Assembly (NCBI GenBank): GCA_045587125.1
Contig: JAZNBN010000016.1
Coordinates: 32,728-96,727 of the forward strand
Direction of reading: 5' to 3'
DNA length: 64,000 nt
Origin: Candidatus Enterousia sp.
Lineage (GTDB): Bacteria > Pseudomonadota > Alphaproteobacteria > Rs-D84
Made by a program: the position numbers and the translations under genes. Positions within the stretch are counted from its first letter, which is position 1. Every line of letters begins with the position of its first letter. This document shows positions 55,445 to 64,000 of this stretch, piece by piece. The notes below the pieces were generated by a model. That model was not told the origin of the DNA and did no database searches. It was given only the letters and a program-made list of their open reading frames with translations.

Positions 55445-55966
55445 ATGAAAAAAAGTTTAATATCTATGTTCGTTATGGCAATGTTGCCGTTCGCGGGTAA
55501 TGCTGCAATGCCTTTTGTTGGTACATATCAAACAATTGACGATGAAACAAATTTACCAAAATCAATTGTGCAAATATACGAATACCAAGACGGTGATGAT
55601 ACAGAAATTGCCGGTCGTATTATCGCACTGTATAACGAACATGGCGAATTATCTGAAACATTAAATAATCCAACACGTGTTGCAGATAAAGTATCCGGTA
55701 AACCAAAATATGTAGGTCTGGATATTATTTGGGATATGGAATTGGATTCAGATGATAATGAATACGGTGGCGGAAAAATTATGGACCCAAAATCTGGCAA
55801 AGTGTACAGCAGTGTTATATGGCAAGAAACACCGACTGTATTAAAGGTTCGTGGCAAAATTGGACCTTTTGGTCGTACACAAAATTGGAATGTAATAGAT
55901 GTGCAAACTTTGCCGTCTGAATTGCATAATTTGGATACCAGCAAATGGACCCCAATTAAACATTAA
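55445..55966 (+). CDS. DUF2147-like periplasmic protein
   Basis: Start ATG 55445, signal peptide present. GGGKIMDPKSGKVYSSVIW...LKVRGKIGPFGRTQNW matches the DUF2147 pattern as I recall it. Confidence 0.55.
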   Translation: MKKSLISMFVMAMLPFAGNAAMPFVGTYQTIDDETNLPKSIVQIYEYQDGDDTEIAGRIIALYNEHGELSETLNNPTRVADKVSGKPKYVGLDIIWDMELDSDDNEYGGGKIMDPKSGKVYSSVIWQETPTVLKVRGKIGPFGRTQNWNVIDVQTLPSELHNLDTSKWTPIKH

Positions 55967-55992
55967 AAAAATGCCCCAACGGGGCATTTTTT
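55965..55992. terminator. Bidirectional terminator
   Basis: AAAAAAATGCCCC-AAC-GGGGCATTTTTT. Confidence 0.75.
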
Positions 55993-55993
55993 A

Positions 55994-57985
55994 TTACCAC
56001 AGTTTTACACGTTTTTCTGGTTCTATGTACAGATAATCGCCTGGTTTAATATTAAATGCGTCATACCATGCGTTTATATGTGGCAATATTCCATTTACTC
56101 GGTTTTTTGCCAAAGAATGTTCGTCAACCTTGGTTAAACGCAGTTCTTCGGCACTGCGAATGTTTTGTGCCCATACGCCTGCGTATGCGATAAAGAAACG
56201 CATATCAGATGTTAAACCGTAAATTTCATCTGTTGGTGTGCCAAACTTTTTATACGCATCAAACGCAATTGTTACACCGCCATAATCGGCCAGATTTTCG
56301 CCCAATGTAAATTCACCATTTGCATTTACTTCATCATTGATTTTTATTTTGTTGAAAAATTCTTTCATTACATTGGCACGTTCGTTAAAACCGTTTGCGT
56401 CTTCGGGTGTCCACCAATCTTTCATGTTTCCGTCTTTGTCAAAGTTACGGCCGGCATCATCAAATCCATGTGTCATTTCATGACCGATAATTGCACCAAT
56501 TGCCGCATAGTTAAACGCATCGTCTGCATTCATATCAAAAAATGGATATTGTAATATTCCGGCTGGGAAACATATTTCGTTGGTTGATGGATCATAATAC
56601 GCATTTATTTCATGTGCGTTCATATACCAAATTGTTGGATCTTTTTTCTGGCCGATTTTAGCCAACCAAAATTCATCTTCGAATTGTGCAACACGCATCA
56701 TGTTTTCATACAAAGAATCATTTTTGATTTCTAATTTTGAATAATCACGCCATTTATCTGGATAACCAATCTTGGCGGTAAATGTAGATAATTTTTCCAA
56801 TGCCTTGGATTTTGTTTCATCACTCATCCAATCCAGATTTTCAATACGCTGTGCATATGCACGTTGTAAATTTTTAACTAAATTTTGCATACGTTCTTTG
56901 GCAGCGGCTGGGAAATATTCTGCAACATACAGACGACCAATTTCTTCACCCAGTGCACCATCTAACATGGATACAGCACGTTTCCAACGTGGCTTTTGTT
57001 CTTTTTGACCCGCCATTGTACGATTGTAAAAATCAAACGCAATGTCGTATGTTTCGTCGTCCAATACAGAAACTGCACCGGTCGCAATACGATATTTCAA
57101 ATATGTTTTTATCAATTCAAAATCAGTATCGTTCATAATTGCAATTGATTCGGTGATTGCTTCGGGTTGATTGATGTTTATATGTGTTGCATGAGATGCA
57201 CCACGTGCAGCCAAATATTTATCCCAATCAAATCCCGGGAATTTTTCTTTGATTTCATTTATTGACATTTTGTGATAGTTCGCATGTGGGTCACGTAATT
57301 TTTCTTTTGGATAAAAAGATTTTGCCATACGTTCTTCCAATGCGTACAATTTTTCAGTATCAACATTAATGCCAAAATTTTTCATTTGTTTTGTTATAAA
57401 TTCTTTGTATTTTTTGCGAATTTCAACAGACTTTTCATCTGTGTCAAAAAAGTAATCACGTGAAATACCAATGCCACCCTGACCAATGTTGTACAGATAA
57501 TATTCACTGTCTTTTTCGTCCAGTGCAACCCCGTCACCCCAAAAGGCAGATGAAAAACGATGTGATTTTCCCAGATATGTTTCTAAATCTTGGCGTGTCA
57601 GTTTATCTATGGTTGCGATTTTTTCAGCCACAGGTTTTGTTTTGTCGGCATTTAATTTTTCTGCGTCCATTGCAATTTTATACAATGTACCAATTTTGCC
57701 TGTATCTGTTTCTGCAATTTTTTTTGTGCGTTCTTGGTTGACGGTATCCAACACTTCAAAAGAACCATATCTGGCGTAATCATCGGGAATAGGATTTTTT
57801 ACCTGCCAACCGTGTGTTGCGTATTCATAAAAATCATTTCCTGGATTAAAGGCAGGGTCCATGTTCGCAATGTTTATTCCCGGTGTCAATGTTTTCTCCT
57901 TTGTTATGGTTGTTGTTGCTTTTACCAAAATAAGTGTGGTTATTACTGATAAAATTCCAACGATATTCCAAAATGTGCGTTTCAT
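55994..57985 (-). CDS. M13-family zinc metallopeptidase (PepO/endothelin-converting-enzyme-like)
   Basis: 663 aa. HEMTHGFD (HExxH), GENLADYGG (ExxADxGG) and NAYYDP. Confidence 0.88.
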   Translation of the reverse strand: MKRTFWNIVGILSVITTLILVKATTTITKEKTLTPGINIANMDPAFNPGNDFYEYATHGWQVKNPIPDDYARYGSFEVLDTVNQERTKKIAETDTGKIGTLYKIAMDAEKLNADKTKPVAEKIATIDKLTRQDLETYLGKSHRFSSAFWGDGVALDEKDSEYYLYNIGQGGIGISRDYFFDTDEKSVEIRKKYKEFITKQMKNFGINVDTEKLYALEERMAKSFYPKEKLRDPHANYHKMSINEIKEKFPGFDWDKYLAARGASHATHININQPEAITESIAIMNDTDFELIKTYLKYRIATGAVSVLDDETYDIAFDFYNRTMAGQKEQKPRWKRAVSMLDGALGEEIGRLYVAEYFPAAAKERMQNLVKNLQRAYAQRIENLDWMSDETKSKALEKLSTFTAKIGYPDKWRDYSKLEIKNDSLYENMMRVAQFEDEFWLAKIGQKKDPTIWYMNAHEINAYYDPSTNEICFPAGILQYPFFDMNADDAFNYAAIGAIIGHEMTHGFDDAGRNFDKDGNMKDWWTPEDANGFNERANVMKEFFNKIKINDEVNANGEFTLGENLADYGGVTIAFDAYKKFGTPTDEIYGLTSDMRFFIAYAGVWAQNIRSAEELRLTKVDEHSLAKNRVNGILPHINAWYDAFNIKPGDYLYIEPEKRVKLW

Positions 57986-57989
57986 ATGT

Positions 57990-59048
57990 TTACCTTACTA
58001 AGTTTATCATTATTTCGTCTAAAATCAAAATACCAGATTGTGTTGCAGAAATTCTGTTGTCTTGAATTTGAACCAGTTCTGGATTTTCATTTATCCAATT
58101 CATATCAATAACGTTTTTTACGTCGTCTGTCAATTGACAACCACGTATGGTTCGCATTCCTGTTATTATTTTTTCTGTGGCACGTACATTATCAGATAAT
58201 TTTTCAAATTTTTGATTATTACCCATTTGTTCATACCAAACCCCGTCCAAGAATATTCGTCCTGCGGCACCTGTGCCAATACCAATATAAGGTGCCCCGT
58301 CCCAGACGTTTTGATTGTGTATGCATTCTTGACCCGGTGCGGCATAATTAGAAACCTCGTATCTGGGTAAATTCAGATATTCAGGAATCGCATTATATAT
58401 TTGTGCCATTGTGTCATTGTTTGGCATGTTTAAATTCATTTTACCAAATGGTGTATTTGGTTCGATTGTCAATTCATACATAGAACAATGTTCCAATCCT
58501 ATTTCGTTTATTTTTTTGCATGTTTTAATAACGTCTGTAACATTTTCATCAGGCAAACCATAAATAAAATCAGCCGATACACGTACGCCGATATTTTGTG
58601 CATCGTGTATTAATGTTAATGCGTCTTGGGCGTTGTGACGGCGACCCAAGAATTTTAATTTATCATCATTGAAACTTTGTACACCAACAGACAATCTGGT
58701 CATGCCTGCATTACAAAAATCAATCAGTTGTTGTTTGTTTAATGTTTTTGGGTTAGATTCAATTGTTATTTCCAAGCATGCGTTTATATTGAAATTTTTC
58801 GCAATGGTTGAAATTATTTTTTCAAATGCAATTGTTGGCATCAAAGAAGGTGTTCCCCCACCAAAAAAAATTGTTGGCACGTCTATTTTACCAAGTTTTT
58901 GCCCCCAATAATCTATCTCGGCACATATGTCATGTGTGTATTTGTTCCAATCAGGTGCACTGCATGGGCGTGAAAAAAAAGCACAATAATTGCACTTAGA
59001 CATGCAAAAAGGTACGTGGATGTAAATATTATGTGCAATGTTTTTCAT
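57990..59048 (-). CDS. hemW: Radical SAM heme chaperone HemW / HemN-like protein
   Basis: Start ATG 59048. YIHVPFCMSKCNYCAF (CxxxCxxC) and GGGTPS. Confidence 0.85.
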   Translation of the reverse strand: MKNIAHNIYIHVPFCMSKCNYCAFFSRPCSAPDWNKYTHDICAEIDYWGQKLGKIDVPTIFFGGGTPSLMPTIAFEKIISTIAKNFNINACLEITIESNPKTLNKQQLIDFCNAGMTRLSVGVQSFNDDKLKFLGRRHNAQDALTLIHDAQNIGVRVSADFIYGLPDENVTDVIKTCKKINEIGLEHCSMYELTIEPNTPFGKMNLNMPNNDTMAQIYNAIPEYLNLPRYEVSNYAAPGQECIHNQNVWDGAPYIGIGTGAAGRIFLDGVWYEQMGNNQKFEKLSDNVRATEKIITGMRTIRGCQLTDDVKNVIDMNWINENPELVQIQDNRISATQSGILILDEIMINLVR

Positions 59049-59143
59049 TGAATATAATTGTATATTATGAATTTTTTGTCGCAAGTTATAAATTAAAATA
59101 CTTTTATATGGTTTTAAAATATGTTATAATATATCAAGTATAT

Positions 59144-60667
59144 ATGAACATGAAGGCAGGGACATTATCATTTTTATCGCTGATTTTGGCACCTTTGGCG
59201 GCTTTTGCGGTCAATGAAGGTGTGCCGTCATATTATCAAACGTCTGCTGCACCAAATGCCAATCAGATTGGTTATGATCAGTATGCAAATCAGGGTTATA
59301 CAAAATATATCGGCAAATCGGGCAGTAAACAGGTCGTAGGTTCACGTTCTTATTCTTATCAGGTTCCACATCCTATGCCATTACCCACATATTCTGGTAC
59401 AATGACACCAAATGGCGTGTCAATGCCACCGGAATCTGAGCCGTCAACAACAATGTATGCGTCTTATGCACGCCGTTTTGCAGATTTTGAATTTGAAACA
59501 GGTGTAAATTCTATTCTGGAATGGGACGATATGATATTTAATGAAATTCGTGTCGGTGCCCGTCATAATTTCAGTTTGCGTAATTTTGATATGTATGTAT
59601 ATGGTGATTATGCATACGGTGATATGATCGCTGGTGGTTTGTCAATGGACTATGACTTGAAACCATTTGAAGAAGAATACCCAGAATACGGCATATTTAC
59701 AATATCAACCGGTGATCAATCGGGTCGCAGTAATTATTTCAGATTCGGAATCGCTGCACATCACATTTGGGACATAGCAGGTTGGAAATTATCGCCAACA
59801 TTTGGTTATGAAATATTTAAACATAATTTGGAAATGTCTAATCATTACTATCCAAATCCTGGAATATATTTGCCTTTGATGACGAACAAGGGTGATTATG
59901 TATTCGGTGATGAATATGGTAATTATTATTCTGTGCCAATTGGTACAACGCCACCCGAAGAATGGTATCAGGTTTGTATGTCACCCGAAGATATCAAGGT
60001 TGTAACAAATACTGCAACCGGATATGATGGCATTTTTGGTGCGCTGGGGGACAGTTTGATAACCAACGATTATACATCTGATTTAGGTACAATCCCATGG
60101 GGTGTTGGCGAAGGTGAATGTGTTATCATCGGTGGTGATGGTCCGATTGTCGTAGAAGGAACAACACATATTTACAATACGACTTGGAGTGGTTTTTACG
60201 TTGGTTTGGAAATTGAAAAACAGATGACATTAAAGGATAAATTGCGTTTGTATTTCCAATTCGGATTGCCAAAGTATTCGTCTGAGGGCATATGGCCAAA
60301 TCGTACCGATTGGCAACAAAACCCCAGTTTCTTGGACGAGGGTGATAATGGTGCATATTCATATTCCGCAGAAATGGAATATAATTATAAATTGTCTGAC
60401 AGATTGCAGTTGTCTTTAAAGGTTGATACAAATTTGTTCCATGTTGGTAATATCCCAGGCGAATTATATGTCGCAGAGTACAGCCAATACGTTCTGGACG
60501 AAAACGGTCAATATGTAATGGAAGAAGTCAAAGACGAATTAGGAAATATCTTCTATGTTCCATTATTAGAAACTGTTCCTGCACACACAGAACAGGTGTC
60601 TGATTCACTGAAACGTGCAACATGGCAATCGTTTGGTTTGCATGTTGGTGTGAAATTCGCATTTTAA
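59144..60667 (+). CDS. Large outer-membrane beta-barrel protein (hypothetical)
   Basis: Start ATG 59144 or 59150. Signal peptide MKAGTLSFLSLILAPLAAFA. Aromatic-rich alternating strands. C-terminal ...GLHVGVKFAF (terminal Phe). Confidence 0.6.
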   Translation: MNMKAGTLSFLSLILAPLAAFAVNEGVPSYYQTSAAPNANQIGYDQYANQGYTKYIGKSGSKQVVGSRSYSYQVPHPMPLPTYSGTMTPNGVSMPPESEPSTTMYASYARRFADFEFETGVNSILEWDDMIFNEIRVGARHNFSLRNFDMYVYGDYAYGDMIAGGLSMDYDLKPFEEEYPEYGIFTISTGDQSGRSNYFRFGIAAHHIWDIAGWKLSPTFGYEIFKHNLEMSNHYYPNPGIYLPLMTNKGDYVFGDEYGNYYSVPIGTTPPEEWYQVCMSPEDIKVVTNTATGYDGIFGALGDSLITNDYTSDLGTIPWGVGEGECVIIGGDGPIVVEGTTHIYNTTWSGFYVGLEIEKQMTLKDKLRLYFQFGLPKYSSEGIWPNRTDWQQNPSFLDEGDNGAYSYSAEMEYNYKLSDRLQLSLKVDTNLFHVGNIPGELYVAEYSQYVLDENGQYVMEEVKDELGNIFYVPLLETVPAHTEQVSDSLKRATWQSFGLHVGVKFAF

Positions 60668-60689
60668 TATTTAATAAACAGGATTTGAT

Positions 60690-61730
60690 ATGAAACGACT
60701 GGTTGCATTATTGTTTGCGGTTACATTTTATATGCCATTGTGTGCGAATGCGGGGTCTGGTTCATTTGATATAGACAGATGGTATGAAATGATGGATTCT
60801 GTACGTGAACGTGCCAATCAACAAAATATTTCAGAATCTGTTGTTCGTGATGTATTACACAGTCCTGCGTTTATTCCATCTATTGTGAAAAGTGATAAAA
60901 ACCAATCTGAATTTAAGTTAACATTGGAACAATATCTGGACAGAACAGTTAACCAAAAAAGAATTACCCAAGGTAAAAAAATGCGTGCTAAATATCCAAC
61001 AATGTTATCACGTGTTGAAAAAAAATATGGTTTACAACCACACGTTATACTGGCGTTTTGGGGTATGGAATCTAATTATGGGGCGGTAAAATCGCGTCAT
61101 AAATTGACTGATGCATTTTTAACATTGATGTATGACGGGCGGCGTGAAAAGTTTTTCTCAGACCAATTATTATCTTTGATGAAAACCGCAGATAAAAATA
61201 AACTGGATATAAATAATATTTATGGTTCGTGGGCTGGTGCAATGGGTCATTTTCAATTTATACCGACAACATTGGCACAATATGGTGTTGATGGGAACGG
61301 TGACGGTCGTGTTGACATTATAAACAGTGTTGGCGATGCGATGTTCAGTGCCGGAAATTATCTGAATAAACTGGGGTGGAATCCAAACGAACGCATTGCG
61401 CGTCGTGTTATATTACCGGCTGATTTTGATATTGAATTATTAGACGGCAAAACGAAAAAGACATTACCTGAATGGGCGGCAATGGGTGTTACAAATCCAG
61501 ATGGAACCCAAATTCCACAAAATGATATGACTGCGGGCTTGGTTGCAGACGTTCGTGCACTGGGAAACAATACGCCAACTGAAACAACCGCTGAATCAGA
61601 TACAGATATTGCACCACGACCTGTTATAACTGCATATTTAACATATCCAAATTTTTATCGGATAAAGAAATGGAATAATTCAAATTGGTATGCGATTGCA
61701 ATTGCAACTTTGGCAGATAATTTGAAATAA
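60690..61730 (+). CDS. mltB: Lytic murein transglycosylase (MltB/SLT_2 family)
   Basis: ILAFWGMESNYG catalytic Glu motif and GAMGHFQFIPTT. Confidence 0.85.
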   Translation: MKRLVALLFAVTFYMPLCANAGSGSFDIDRWYEMMDSVRERANQQNISESVVRDVLHSPAFIPSIVKSDKNQSEFKLTLEQYLDRTVNQKRITQGKKMRAKYPTMLSRVEKKYGLQPHVILAFWGMESNYGAVKSRHKLTDAFLTLMYDGRREKFFSDQLLSLMKTADKNKLDINNIYGSWAGAMGHFQFIPTTLAQYGVDGNGDGRVDIINSVGDAMFSAGNYLNKLGWNPNERIARRVILPADFDIELLDGKTKKTLPEWAAMGVTNPDGTQIPQNDMTAGLVADVRALGNNTPTETTAESDTDIAPRPVITAYLTYPNFYRIKKWNNSNWYAIAIATLADNLK

Positions 61731-61794
61731 AAACATTGAAAATCGGACATTTCTTTGATATTCTTCCCAGTATATATGATACAAAGGATATATT

Positions 61795-62754
61795 ATGGCA
61801 ATTAAAGTTCGTGATTACGAAGTCCGTTTAACCCGTAACAAAGAAGAACGTAAACAGGTTCGTCAACTAAGATATAAAGTTTTTGTTGAAGAAGAGGGCG
61901 CATCTACAACCGAAGAACAACGTGCATTGGGCGAAGAATATGATTCATATGACCGTTACGCAGAATACATGGCTGTATTCCACAACGGACGTGTTGTTGG
62001 AACGTATCGTGTTATAGACAGAAATGCGGCTGAAAAAATGGGCGGCTTTTATACCGAAAGTGAATTTAATATATCCAAAATAAAAAAATACCACGGCAAT
62101 ATTGCAGAAATGTCGCGTGCATGTGTTGACAAGGCATATCGTGAAAATGCATTGGTAATGCGATTACTGTGGGCGGGGCTTGGTGAAATGATTTTGCGTC
62201 GTAAAATAGAAATTTTATTTGGGGTTGCATCTTTTGTTGGAACAAAACCTGCACGTTCTGCCCAGGCTATTTCTTATTTGTATTATAATCATTTAAGTCC
62301 ATCACGTTTACGTGCAACAGTATTGTCTGACAATTTTGCCGAAGGTGTAAATCCAAAAATGTCACGCATGAATATTTTGCCACGTGATTTTGTTGACGAA
62401 GCAGATGCAAAATCTGAAATGACCCCGTTGGTTAAGGGATATTTACGTTTAGGTGCAACATTTGGTCGTGGTGTATTTATTGACGCACCATTTAATTCAT
62501 ACGATGTTTTTGTAATGATGGAAACGCGTAAAATGAATGCCACGTACCAGAAACATTTCTTGGGACGTGAAAACGCATTGGGTAACCCCGAAGATGAAAA
62601 AGAACACATTATGAAAACTGTGGGTAAAATTATAACTTTCCCTGTGGTTGGGCCGTTCAAGGTTGTACGTTCCGTGGTTGAATTCCTGTTGCGTGAAGAT
62701 GCAGATGACGCAGAATGTATCGAAGATAATCCAAAATCAGAAGGCGAGGAATAA
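61795..62754 (+). CDS. olsB: Ornithine-lipid N-acyltransferase OlsB-like (GNAT/hemolysin-like)
   Basis: QLRYKVFVEEEGA...VVGTYRVID...EMSRACV pattern of OlsB-type acyltransferases. Immediately followed by a PlsC-type acyltransferase, as in olsBA. Confidence 0.7.
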   Translation: MAIKVRDYEVRLTRNKEERKQVRQLRYKVFVEEEGASTTEEQRALGEEYDSYDRYAEYMAVFHNGRVVGTYRVIDRNAAEKMGGFYTESEFNISKIKKYHGNIAEMSRACVDKAYRENALVMRLLWAGLGEMILRRKIEILFGVASFVGTKPARSAQAISYLYYNHLSPSRLRATVLSDNFAEGVNPKMSRMNILPRDFVDEADAKSEMTPLVKGYLRLGATFGRGVFIDAPFNSYDVFVMMETRKMNATYQKHFLGRENALGNPEDEKEHIMKTVGKIITFPVVGPFKVVRSVVEFLLREDADDAECIEDNPKSEGEE

Positions 62755-62759
62755 TAACA

Positions 62760-63578
62760 ATGGCAAAATTAAGACGGCAGAATATTTTTAATACGACAAC
62801 CGCTGCGATAAAGTTCATTGCATTTTGGATAATGGTTGTTATTCAGGTGCCAATTATCGCATTTTTGCCACGTCGTTGGGCGGTACGTTACATGCCTGTG
62901 TTTATGTGGTTCTTGCTTAAATTGGGCGGGATTAAAATTGTTGTGCATGGAAAATTATCAGATGAACGACCATTGATGATTGTGTCTAATCATATATCAG
63001 TATTTGAATTGGCAACATTTCCATGTGTTTTTCATGGCAGTTTTATTGCCAAAAAAGAAATGGAAAATTGGCCATTGGTCGGTTGGGTTGCAAAAAAATT
63101 CGGTGTAATATTTGTTGATCGTCGTCCATCACATGCACGTGATGCATTGGCGGTTGTGCAAAAAACAGTTCAGAATGTAAAATATCCTATGATATTATTT
63201 CCCGAAGGTACAACAACAAATGGTGCATATGTAAAACCGTTTAAAAGTACACTGTTTAATTTTGTTGAAAATTCTAATGTAACTGTTCAACCTATGGCGA
63301 TGCATTATCGTTATAAAGACGGTTCTGTGATTGATGAACAAACCATGGCGGATCACTTTGCATATTTTTCAAATGCCAAGATGGATATGGGGCCATTGTG
63401 CAAACGCGAACGCAGTGCCTTTGGTCAGGTGTTCCACATAATGATGCTGGGTGGATTTACAGTTGAAATTACATTATTGCCACCACCGTCTTTGGACGGT
63501 ATGAACAGAAAAGAAATCGCAGAGGTTCTGCAAAAAATAGTGTCAGATAAATATATGGAATTAAAAGATAAAAAATAA
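62760..63578 (+). CDS. olsA: Lyso-ornithine lipid / 1-acyl-glycerol-3-phosphate O-acyltransferase (PlsC family)
   Basis: NHISVFE (NHxxxxD/E) and FPEGTTTNG motifs. Confidence 0.7.
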   Translation: MAKLRRQNIFNTTTAAIKFIAFWIMVVIQVPIIAFLPRRWAVRYMPVFMWFLLKLGGIKIVVHGKLSDERPLMIVSNHISVFELATFPCVFHGSFIAKKEMENWPLVGWVAKKFGVIFVDRRPSHARDALAVVQKTVQNVKYPMILFPEGTTTNGAYVKPFKSTLFNFVENSNVTVQPMAMHYRYKDGSVIDEQTMADHFAYFSNAKMDMGPLCKRERSAFGQVFHIMMLGGFTVEITLLPPPSLDGMNRKEIAEVLQKIVSDKYMELKDKK

Positions 63579-63591
63579 AGAGTTATAAAAA

Positions 63592-64000
63592 ATGAAAACA
63601 GCAATAACACCAACTCGCAGTGAGAATTTTAGTGAATGGTACCAAAATTTAATAGTAGCCGCAGATTTGGCTGAAAACGCACCTGTGCGTGGTTGTATGA
63701 CAATAAAACCTTATGGGTGGGCAATATGGGAATTGATGCGTGATGAAATGGACAGACGTATCAAGGCACATGGTGTGCAAAATGCAAATTTCCCATTGTT
63801 AATACCGATTGAATTCTTTAACAAAGAAGCACAACATGTTGATGGATTTGCAAAAGAATCTGCGGTTGTTACACATCATCGTTTGAAAATGATTGATGGT
63901 AAATTGCAACCTGACCCAGAATCTAAATTAACGGAACCATATATTATTCGTCCGACTTCTGAAACTATTATTGGTGAAGCAATGTCCAGATGGGTACAGT
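63592..64000 (+). CDS. proS: Proline--tRNA ligase, N-terminal part (continues beyond window)
   Basis: ATG 63592: [49 protein letters not shown]...[10 protein letters not shown]. Typical of the archaeal/eukaryote-like ProRS type. Open to the window end. Confidence 0.85.
   Translation, partial: MKTAITPTRSENFSEWYQNLIVAADLAENAPVRGCMTIKPYGWAIWELMRDEMDRRIKAHGVQNANFPLLIPIEFFNKEAQHVDGFAKESAVVTHHRLKMIDGKLQPDPESKLTEPYIIRPTSETIIGEAMSRWVQ

Noticed and set aside
59049-59080. AATATAATTGTATATTATGAATTTT, reminiscent of a dif (XerCD) site core ATAATGTATATTATG
   Set aside because: It has an extra base in the core and lacks the conserved GCGC and TTAAAT arms. It lies in an AT-rich divergent promoter region where such similarity is expected by chance.

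Overview
Visibly AT-rich bacterial chromosomal window. It uses the standard genetic code, almost all stops are TAA, and I saw no rRNA, CRISPR array, transposase or integrase. The backbone is conserved housekeeping DNA: lspA (3' part)-yidC; tRNA-Trp-secE-nusG-rplK-rplA-rplJ-rplL-rpoB-rpoC; rpmF-plsX; rpsA; adk; an orphan mraZ; tyrS plus an EnvC-like degenerate-LytM gene; a class A PBP; an IHF-like gene; lpxD-fabZ; nusA-infB; an M13 peptidase; hemW; mltB; olsB-olsA; proS (5' part). LPS and outer-membrane genes, ornithine-lipid genes and VirB-type genes suggest a Gram-negative, probably alphaproteobacterial and possibly host-associated organism (inference only). The interesting parts are accessory loci wedged into this backbone. 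(i) An orphan virB8-virB9-virB10 module, with a SPOR-like tail on VirB9 and a heavily decorated VirB10. (ii) A family of signal-peptide-bearing, Cys-rich modular proteins (2390-3181, 3185-3931, 24417-25559, 53942-55321) that share a ~45-aa GYTFTGW module. Two of them sit behind a duplicated ~200-nt leader carrying a length-variable (AG)n tract, a palindrome and a covarying terminator hairpin. (iii) Two giant divergently oriented paralogues (30436-33957 and 45285-47756) whose near-identical ~1.45-kb cores form inverted repeats around a ~12.5-kb segment. (iv) LRR-like and orphan proteins that could be secretion substrates. All functional calls come from motif recognition by eye; no database search or folding program was available.
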